Assembly: GCA_036557635.1 (NCBI GenBank)
Contig: DATBHD010000085.1
Span: 213-64,212 of the forward strand
Source: Gemmatimonadaceae bacterium
GTDB taxonomy: Bacteria > Gemmatimonadota > Gemmatimonadetes > Gemmatimonadales > Gemmatimonadaceae
Direction: 5' to 3'
DNA: 64,000 nt
Numbering within the stretch: the stretch's first letter is position 1; the number at the start of each line of letters is the position of its first letter. The position numbers and the translations under genes are program-made. The notes under the pieces are model-generated. The model had not been told where the DNA came from and ran no database searches. It worked only from the letters and a program-made list of their open reading frames with translations. Shown piece after piece: positions 56,265 through 64,000 of this stretch.

Positions 56265-57014
56265 TTAGGATTTCGTCGCCGTCGTGGCGCTTGCGGTCGC
56301 TGGCGCGGCGGGGACGAGATGCACTTTTACCTGCGACGGTCTCACCCGCAGTCCGAGGTGCGTCGTATCGATATCCACGAGGTGGGGAAGGGAATCTCTC
56401 GCGGGAATCGCGACGGGCACGGTGACGACGTACTCGACGCCTAACACACGCTGGCGCGGACCGCTCACCTCGACTTGCTCGGGATCGAGTCGCACGGCAA
56501 CCGCCGGCGACGGATGCAACGTGTCGCCGACCACCTGTACGGCGGAATGCACTGGCACCACGCGCGAGCTCGTCGACTCGAAGCGCAGCGTGACGCTGCG
56601 CGGCTCCACGCCGCGAACGATCGCGTCGACGCCAGGTGGGAGCTCGACGTCGGACGTCGAGAGGTCCACGACGACGGTGTCCGGCGAATTGGCGGCGATC
56701 TGTCGCTTGATGACGAGAGGATGCGCAAAGAGCTTGAGCAATTCTTGCGGCGTCCCGACGACCAGCGCGTGAATGGTCGGCGGAGGATCCTTCAGCACCA
56801 GCGAGCTGTCGAGTTGCGGCGCGAATTGCACGTCGATGAGATCCTGGTTGGGCTCCTTGGCCGTTACGATGAACCAGAGAACGACCGCGAGGAGAAGCGC
56901 CGTACCCTTGAGCGCGAGGCGCTGGGTGAACGCCTCGGCCAGTCGCCGCCGCCACGTTGGAACGGGCTTCGGGCTCTGACCGCTCTGCGGTTGCTCGGTC
57001 TGCACGCCCGTCAT
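56265..57014 (-). CDS. membrane-anchored protein, possibly YbbR-like
   Basis: 249 aa with one N-terminal TM followed by beta-rich repeats. The assignment is weak. Confidence 0.45.
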   Translation of the reverse strand: MTGVQTEQPQSGQSPKPVPTWRRRLAEAFTQRLALKGTALLLAVVLWFIVTAKEPNQDLIDVQFAPQLDSSLVLKDPPPTIHALVVGTPQELLKLFAHPLVIKRQIAANSPDTVVVDLSTSDVELPPGVDAIVRGVEPRSVTLRFESTSSRVVPVHSAVQVVGDTLHPSPAVAVRLDPEQVEVSGPRQRVLGVEYVVTVPVAIPARDSLPHLVDIDTTHLGLRVRPSQVKVHLVPAAPATASATTATKS

Positions 57015-57021
57015 GGCCGGC

Positions 57022-57597
57022 TCAGGCAGCTGGCTTGGTGGCGCCGGGCGCCTTGCCCGACGCGCCTAACAACTCGTCGAACAGCGCGCGATTGCCGGGA
57101 GAGTTCCAATCCGCGGCCGAGATCCACTTCTTGCGAATCGTACCGTCGCGATCGATGACGAAGCTCTCGGGATAGCCCGTTGTCTGGTACGAGCGCTCGA
57201 TCGCGTGCGTCGGGTCGTGCAGGATCTCGAAGGTGAGTCCGAGACTCTTCGCGTACGCGCGGATCGAGTCTTCCGGAATGTAGTCGTCGATGCTGACGGC
57301 GACGATGTGGACGCCGCGCGGTCCGTACGCTCGGTAGAGCTCCTCCATGCTTGGCATCTCGACCTTGCACGGCTCGCACCACGTCGCCCACACGTTCAGC
57401 AACACCACCTCGCCGCGATAATCGGCGAGCGTACGGGTGGCGCCGGAGGAGAGGTCCTTCGCCTTGAACGACGGCGCGGACGATCCCACGCCGACCGGAA
57501 AGAGATCGGCGGCGAAGAGCTTCACCCCAGCGAACAGGCCTCCGCCTAACGCGGCAACGACGGCTCCGACGACGATCCACTGCTGTCTCACGGTCAT
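57022..57597 (-). CDS. TlpA-family thiol:disulfide oxidoreductase (redoxin)
   Basis: N-terminal anchor and the WATWCEPC active site. Confidence 0.85.
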   Translation of the reverse strand: MTVRQQWIVVGAVVAALGGGLFAGVKLFAADLFPVGVGSSAPSFKAKDLSSGATRTLADYRGEVVLLNVWATWCEPCKVEMPSMEELYRAYGPRGVHIVAVSIDDYIPEDSIRAYAKSLGLTFEILHDPTHAIERSYQTTGYPESFVIDRDGTIRKKWISAADWNSPGNRALFDELLGASGKAPGATKPAA

Positions 57598-57623
57598 GGC
57601 TCTCTACCGCTCCTCACGCCTCG

Positions 57624-58304
57624 CTAAACGCTCACCGCGCACTGATCCCGCAGCAAGCCAATCTCGCGCTGCGGATCCTTTGCCGAGAAGATCGCATTCC
57701 CGGCGACGAAGGTGTCCGCGCCAGCGCGCCAACAATCTCCAATCGTGTCGCGCGCGATGCCACCGTCAACCTCCAACACGGCTCGACTCCCGGCCTCGGC
57801 CAGAATCCGCCGCGCGCGCCGAATCTTGTCCACCGACGCCGGAATGAATTCCTGGCCGCCAAATCCGGGGTTTACCGTCATAATCAGCAGCAGCTCCATA
57901 TCCGCCAGCACCTCAACGATACCCGTCAACGAGGTGGAAGGATTCAACGCGACGCCGGCGCGGCATCCCACCTCGCGGATTCGGGTAAGCTGGCGCTGGA
58001 GATGAGGAGACACCTCGGCGTGAATCGTGATTCCCGACGCTCCGGCCTCGGCGAACTCATCGAAGTAGCGCTCGGGCTGGACGACCATCAAGTGGCAATC
58101 GAGCGGGAGATCGGTGAGCTTCCGGACGGTCTCGATGACCTTGGTGCCGAAGGTGATGTTCGGGACGAACTGGCCGTCCATCACATCGACGTGAATCCAG
58201 TCGGCGCCTCCCGTCTCGCACATTGCGATCTCATCCGCCAACCGCGCGAAATCCGCCGACAGAATGCTCGGTGCGATGCGCGGCGCCTGTTGGTGAACGG
58301 TCAT
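57624..58304 (-). CDS. rpe: ribulose-phosphate 3-epimerase
   Basis: 226 aa; PSILSADF...HVDVMDG...H.MV motifs. Confidence 0.9.
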   Translation of the reverse strand: MTVHQQAPRIAPSILSADFARLADEIAMCETGGADWIHVDVMDGQFVPNITFGTKVIETVRKLTDLPLDCHLMVVQPERYFDEFAEAGASGITIHAEVSPHLQRQLTRIREVGCRAGVALNPSTSLTGIVEVLADMELLLIMTVNPGFGGQEFIPASVDKIRRARRILAEAGSRAVLEVDGGIARDTIGDCWRAGADTFVAGNAIFSAKDPQREIGLLRDQCAVSV

Positions 58305-59032
58305 GGCCTTCCCTCGACGCGGATGGTGATGCTGGACCCCGCGGGGACCTGCGAGCCCGCCGCCGGCGTCTGCGACACGACCATCGCGCTGCCGTCGGGT
58401 TGAGCCCCGTTAGGCAACCCCACGTCGCCGACGGTGAGACCGAGCTGCTGGAGCAGTTGCCGCGCCTGCGCGAAACTGCGACCGACCACGTCCGGCACCT
58501 GAATCGTGACCGGCCCACCGCTCAGAACGAGGCCGATGGGTCCCGGAATCGGGGTCTCTGTTCCAGGGCGCGGGCGCGTATCGATCACCTCGCCCCGCGC
58601 CGTCTGGCTGGGCTGTTCGCTGACGTCGCCCACGTCGAACCCGGCCTGATCGAGCACGCGCTCGGCGTCGGGCCGAGCCATGCCGACTACGTTGGGCACG
58701 ACTGCCATCCGCTGACCACCGCTGATCGCGAGCATCACCTTCGCGCCCGCGGCATCCTTGCTCCCGGCGGGAGGATTCTGGTCGAGCACCGTTCCCTTCG
58801 GCGCGGTCGCGTGGAAGCGCGTCTCACCCTGCTCCGCCTGGAATCCGGCTTGGGCGAGACGCTGCTGTGCCGTCGTCAGGTCGAGCCCGATCACGTTAGG
58901 CACCTTGAGATCCTGACTGACGACACCCGAAGGAAAGAAGACGAAGGCCGCGACAAGATAGGCGAGCAAGAACCCGCCGACGATCGCGATCAGATAAGGA
59001 ATGAAGCGGCGGATGACGCCGCGCCAATTCAC
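58301..59032 (-). CDS. PASTA domain-containing membrane protein (three PASTA repeats, no kinase/PBP domain)
   Basis: TM anchor followed by three repeats of the VPNVIG...A...L...GF type. GTG start in a GTGA overlap with rsmB; ATGA overlap with rpe. Confidence 0.8.
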   Translation of the reverse strand: MNWRGVIRRFIPYLIAIVGGFLLAYLVAAFVFFPSGVVSQDLKVPNVIGLDLTTAQQRLAQAGFQAEQGETRFHATAPKGTVLDQNPPAGSKDAAGAKVMLAISGGQRMAVVPNVVGMARPDAERVLDQAGFDVGDVSEQPSQTARGEVIDTRPRPGTETPIPGPIGLVLSGGPVTIQVPDVVGRSFAQARQLLQQLGLTVGDVGLPNGAQPDGSAMVVSQTPAAGSQVPAGSSITIRVEGRP

Positions 59033-60459
59033 TGCTCAGTCCTCCGCAGACGAGCGGCGAACGCGCCATCGATGCCGTGGCGCTGTGGAAGAACGCGCAG
59101 CCGCCCGGCGTCCAGCACCGCGGCCGGCACGGTGCCCTCCGGCGGCGGCTCCAGACGCCAGCCGGGGTTCTCGGCGAGGAATCCCTCGAGCTGCGCGTCG
59201 TTCTCTTCCGGCTCCAATGAGCAGGTACTATACACCAGAAGTCCGCCGGGTCGCACCACCTGCGCCGCGCTCCGAAACATCGCGCGCTGCAGTGCCCCGA
59301 GTACCGCGAGATCGGACGGCTTCAATCGCCATCGCGCGTCGGGATGGCGCCGAAGAGTTCCGGTTCCCGTGCAGGGCACGTCCACGAGCACGAAATCAAC
59401 CGGGCGAATCGCCGGCATGCGCGCGTCGGCGACGTACGGGAAAACGTGCTTGATCTCCAACCGGCTCGTGTTGGCGATCACCCGCCGCAGACGGGCGAAC
59501 GACGCGTCGCTCGCGTATACACGCGCCGCGTTGCGTGACAGCTCGATCGACTTGCCACCGGGCGCGGCACAGAGATCCGCGGCGATGGCGCCGGTCGGTA
59601 CGCAGGCATACTGCGTCACGAGCGTGGAGCCGGGATCCTGCAGGTGAAAGAGTCCCTGGCGAAACGCGCCGAGATCGGTGAGCGACGAAACCTGGCTGCT
59701 CAGCACGATGCTGTCGCGCGCGAGAGGCGCCTCGTCGACTCGCACTCCCGCCGCCTCGAGCATCGCCTCCAGTTGCTCGCGCACCGCGTGATATGGTCGT
59801 GCAACAAGGGGGGCCTCGCCGTTGTTCGCTTCGAGTAACCGGCGCGTCTCCTCCTCGCCCCAACGCGCGATCCAACGCGCGAGGAGCCATCGTGGGTGCG
59901 AGTACTCGAGGGCGAGCGCATCGAGCGGGTCGGAAGCCGCCGGCAAGCGGAGAGCGTCGCGCTCTCGATCCAATCGGCGTAGAACGGCATTCGCGAGCTT
60001 GCTCGCCCCCATGCCGTGTCGGCGCTTCGCGAGCTCCACCGTCTGTGCGATGGCTGCGTACGCGGGAACGCTTCCCATGTGCAGCAGCTGGAACGCGCCG
60101 AGACGCAGGAGGTCCAGCAGATCCGCGTCGAGTCGCGCAATCCCGTTGCGCACGCGCTCGTTGAGGAAGGCGTCCAGTCGAGAGCGACGCCGCAGCATTC
60201 CATACACGAGCTCGCGCGTCCATCGACGATCGCGAGCATCGAGGTGGTAGTCGTCTCCGACGCGCCGATCGAATGATGTGTCGAGCAGCTCGCCACTTCG
60301 GAGGTCGGCGCAAATTGCTGCCGCGGCAGCGCGCGCGTCTGTCACTCCACCCGGGGTTGCTACCTTTGCCGGCGCGCCCCCTCCACCCGACGCCGCATCG
60401 GCGCCGCTGTCGTTCGCTCCGCCAATAGCCGAGCGGCTATCGTCCCACCTCCGAGTCAT
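59029..60459 (-). CDS. rsmB: 16S rRNA (cytosine967-C5)-methyltransferase
   Basis: NusB-like N-terminal domain, SAM motif DLCAAPGGKS, catalytic PCTGTGTLRRHPD. The start is uncertain (ATG at 60459 chosen). Confidence 0.85.
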   Translation of the reverse strand: MTRRWDDSRSAIGGANDSGADAASGGGGAPAKVATPGGVTDARAAAAAICADLRSGELLDTSFDRRVGDDYHLDARDRRWTRELVYGMLRRRSRLDAFLNERVRNGIARLDADLLDLLRLGAFQLLHMGSVPAYAAIAQTVELAKRRHGMGASKLANAVLRRLDRERDALRLPAASDPLDALALEYSHPRWLLARWIARWGEEETRRLLEANNGEAPLVARPYHAVREQLEAMLEAAGVRVDEAPLARDSIVLSSQVSSLTDLGAFRQGLFHLQDPGSTLVTQYACVPTGAIAADLCAAPGGKSIELSRNAARVYASDASFARLRRVIANTSRLEIKHVFPYVADARMPAIRPVDFVLVDVPCTGTGTLRRHPDARWRLKPSDLAVLGALQRAMFRSAAQVVRPGGLLVYSTCSLEPEENDAQLEGFLAENPGWRLEPPPEGTVPAAVLDAGRLRVLPQRHGIDGAFAARLRRTEQ

Positions 60460-61237
60460 AGGCGGAAAGATAGTCGGAGATGGCACGCTCGGAATCATCC
60501 GCGTCCCAGATTCCGCGAATTGCGGCGATGCCGTGCACGCCGATGCGACGGAGCGGCGCAACGTGCTGCGGTGCGATGCCGCCGATCGCGACGATCGGAA
60601 TTCCCGAATACCTCACGAGCCGCTCGAGAAGCGCGGGTCCGCTTTCTCCAGCTGCCTCGCGGTTGTCGACCTCGTTGTTCGACGCCGATTCATGGGGCGC
60701 CAAGACGTCGCTCACCACGCCCCAACTCGCGCCAGCCAGGCGTGCCGCGATTCCCTCCTCGAGCGAGTGCAGGCTCGCTCCGACCAACGGTGTCGACCGC
60801 GCGCCGCTGTTTCCGCTCCCTTCGAGCACGACCTGCACCGCGTCGGCGACGCCGAGCGATCTTGCCGTGAGTTGGACGCCGCGCGCACATACGATGACGG
60901 CGATATCGACTCGGTCGTTGACGACGAGCCAGGCGCCGGTGCGCTCCTGCTCCTCGGCCAAGGTGAGCGCCATCTCGACGAAGCGCCCCGACTCGTGCTG
61001 CGCCATGCGCGCGGCGCGCAGCTGAAGCGCTCCGCGCGAGCCCATCGCGCGCATCACGGCGCGCGCGCGCTCGATGAAATTCGGCCGGCCGAGGATCTCG
61101 TCGTTCGTGACGGCGTGGAGGACGGGGCTGAGAGTGACGACTGCCGGCGCCGGGGTTTGCACGCCTGTGGCTACGAGGCCGGCGCGGAGGAGGTTTCGAA
61201 GCGGCTGCCGGCGGTGGCGCCGCGACCGCGCGCCCAT
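60437..61237 (-). CDS. thiamine-phosphate synthase-like (ThiE/TenI family) protein
   Basis: TIM-barrel pattern with LHAVTND..., VNDRVDIA and IPIVAIGGI. The start probably lies downstream of 61237, since the track ORF overlaps the fmt end. Confidence 0.6.
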   Translation of the reverse strand: MGARSRRHRRQPLRNLLRAGLVATGVQTPAPAVVTLSPVLHAVTNDEILGRPNFIERARAVMRAMGSRGALQLRAARMAQHESGRFVEMALTLAEEQERTGAWLVVNDRVDIAVIVCARGVQLTARSLGVADAVQVVLEGSGNSGARSTPLVGASLHSLEEGIAARLAGASWGVVSDVLAPHESASNNEVDNREAAGESGPALLERLVRYSGIPIVAIGGIAPQHVAPLRRIGVHGIAAIRGIWDADDSERAISDYLSAYDSEVGR

Positions 61238-62124
61238 TCGTTAGGCGCCAGACGGCGCTTGCCCGCCGGCTGTACGACCGTTACGCGCGCGGCGCCCTCG
61301 CCGCAGGCGACGACCATGCCGTCGTCGTCGATCGACTGAATCTGACCCGGCGGCATCGTCACCCCGTGCGGCGCGAGGCGCGCCCCGAACACCTTCACCT
61401 CCGCGCCACGGAGCATCGTCACCGCACCGGGCTTGGGATCGAGCGAGCGAATCAATCGGCACACGGTCGATGCCGGCGCGTTCCAATCGATCCACGTCGC
61501 GTCGCGGTCGATCTTGCCGGCGTACGTCGCGAGCCGCTCGTCCTGCGGCTGCTCGTGCGCTTCACCCAACTCCATCGCCGACAGCGCCTCGATGAGCGTG
61601 AGCGCGCCAAGCTCGGAGAGACGAAGTGACAGCTCGCCGTACGTCTCGTCGTCGACGACCGGCGTGCGCGATTGAAGGATGATCGGACCCGCATCGAGCG
61701 CCTGGACCATCCGCATGATCGTCACCCCCGTCTCGTCGAGACCGAGACGAATCGCGGCCTGAATCGGCGCCGCGCCGCGGAGCGCGGGAAGGAGAGAGCC
61801 GTGAATGTTCACCGTACCGCGACGCGGGAGATCGATCACCGCCTCCGGCAGAATGTGACCGTACGCGACGACCACCGAGAGATCCGGCGCGAGTTTCGAC
61901 AGCTCGGCGAGAAACTCGTCGCCGCGGGGGCGCTCCGGTTGCAGAACAGGAATGCCCTCGTCCAGAGCGATCTGCTTGACTGGCGACGACTGCAGCATCG
62001 ATCGTGACCGGCCGACGGGTCGGTCAGGCTGCGTCACCGCGCCGACGACATCGAATCCCTCGCCGATGAGCGCACGCAAAGCGGGCGTGGCGAACTCCGG
62101 CGTGCCCCAGAAGAGCACGCGCAT
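61171..62124 (-). CDS. fmt: methionyl-tRNA formyltransferase
   Basis: MRVLFWGTPEFA..., HGSLLPALRGAAPI motifs. Confidence 0.9.
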   Translation of the reverse strand: MRVLFWGTPEFATPALRALIGEGFDVVGAVTQPDRPVGRSRSMLQSSPVKQIALDEGIPVLQPERPRGDEFLAELSKLAPDLSVVVAYGHILPEAVIDLPRRGTVNIHGSLLPALRGAAPIQAAIRLGLDETGVTIMRMVQALDAGPIILQSRTPVVDDETYGELSLRLSELGALTLIEALSAMELGEAHEQPQDERLATYAGKIDRDATWIDWNAPASTVCRLIRSLDPKPGAVTMLRGAEVKVFGARLAPHGVTMPPGQIQSIDDDGMVVACGEGAARVTVVQPAGKRRLAPNEWARGRGATAGSRFETSSAPAS

Positions 62125-62127
62125 TGC

Positions 62128-62685
62128 TCAGAGCTCCTCGTCCCGGTGGTGGTGCGCCGCGACTTCGGCAGCCGTTAGGCGACGGATGTTGTCCGGATAC
62201 TTGTCCTTCTCTTTCGCCCACTTGTTCATTGCCGATCGCCGCTTCAGCGCGCTCAGATAGTCGATGAAGAGCCGCCCGTGCAGGTGATCGATCTCGTGCT
62301 GCAGGCAGCGCGAGAGCAGGTCGCGTCCCTCGACCTCGAAGGGCTTGCCGTCGATGCCGACCGCGCGCACGACGACGCGCGCCGCACGCTCGACGTCACC
62401 GTAGATCTCGGGAATCGATAGGCATCCCTCTTCGCCCTTGGTTTTTCCTTCGGCTTCCAGGATTTCGGGGTTGATCAGCACGATGCGTTGGCTGTCGACG
62501 TCGATCACCGACAAGCGCTCGGATCGGCCGACCTGCGGCGCGGCGAGGCCGATTCCCTTCGCGGCGTACATCGTCTCGAACATGTCCTCGACGAGGCGGC
62601 GCAGCTCCGGCGTGACGTCGTCGACGATCCTGGTCGGCGTCCGCAGTATCGTGTCGCCGAAGACGCGGATATCCAGCAGACTCAC
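62128..62685 (-). CDS. def: peptide deformylase
   Basis: GIGLAAPQ, EGCLS and HEIDHL motifs. Confidence 0.9.
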   Translation of the reverse strand: MSLLDIRVFGDTILRTPTRIVDDVTPELRRLVEDMFETMYAAKGIGLAAPQVGRSERLSVIDVDSQRIVLINPEILEAEGKTKGEEGCLSIPEIYGDVERAARVVVRAVGIDGKPFEVEGRDLLSRCLQHEIDHLHGRLFIDYLSALKRRSAMNKWAKEKDKYPDNIRRLTAAEVAAHHHRDEEL

Positions 62686-62719
62686 GGGTCGGTCTCGTTG
62701 AGCTTTCGTCCGTTATGCA

Positions 62720-64000
<1,281 letters not shown>

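Larger units (their letters stand above)
118..62180. other. dispersed over-represented 8-mer CGTTAGGC / GCCTAACG (43 exact copies across the window)
   Basis: Hand scan of both strands; positions are listed in the first finding. 23 copies as CGTTAGGC and 20 as GCCTAACG on the + strand. Confidence 0.9.

Noticed and set aside
118-62180. TTAGGC inside the 8-mer equals the nematode telomere repeat unit
   Set aside because: The copies are never tandem, they are dispersed inside bacterial genes, and the conserved word extends to CG on the 5' side. I regard the match as coincidence.
118-62180. Chi-site or KOPS/FtsK-orienting interpretation of the 8-mer
   Set aside because: Those signals are strongly strand-polar within a replichore. 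The orientation here is 23:20 over 64 kb. This can only be settled with whole-genome data.

Overview
This window is high-GC, densely coding bacterial chromosome. I call about 60 CDSs, mostly housekeeping and envelope genes, arranged in long operons with many 1-4 nt stop/start overlaps (GTGA/ATGA). The gene content (a PadR plus duplicated FtsX-type 'ADOP' permease pair) and the GTCATCCCGAGCG...CTCGGAATGAC palindromic repeats suggest a Gemmatimonadota/Acidobacteria-like soil lineage; that is inference only. Recognisable blocks: (1) Mo-oxidoreductase, ChlI-like AAA+ ATPase, GNAT. (2) A fused EPS synthase/deacetylase, lipid kinase, LON-N protein and glcDEF. (3) aroB, thrA-thrC and a type IV pilin. 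(4) PadR with its permease, and a peptide ABC binding protein plus one permease. (5) Omp85 (BamA/TamA-like), TamB-like protein, lipid kinase and an NtrC-family regulator. (6) acpS, a cytochrome c/FTR1 fusion and lgt. (7) tsaD, rpe, rsmB, fmt, def, yajC and tgt. I found no rRNA, tRNA, CRISPR array, transposase, integrase or obvious defence island. The most unusual signal is not a gene. The 8-mer CGTTAGGC/GCCTAACG occurs 43 times (hand count, about one per 1.5 kb) in both orientations. Forty copies sit inside unrelated CDSs, always in a readable frame, and force codons that are otherwise nearly absent here (TTA, CTA, AGG). This looks like selection on the DNA word itself: uptake-signal-like, a dense protein-binding site or a modification target. 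Secondary observations: an NtrC-family regulator whose GAFTGA sigma54-contact loop is degenerate (TPNNGA); a sigma54-type -24/-12 promoter in front of the pilin gene; thrC whose N-terminal zinc-ribbon half lies upstream of any canonical start codon; a single-polypeptide GH18-like/CE4/GT2 exopolysaccharide enzyme; and two families of intergenic repeats. All coordinates for non-ORF features were hand-indexed and could be off by a base or two.
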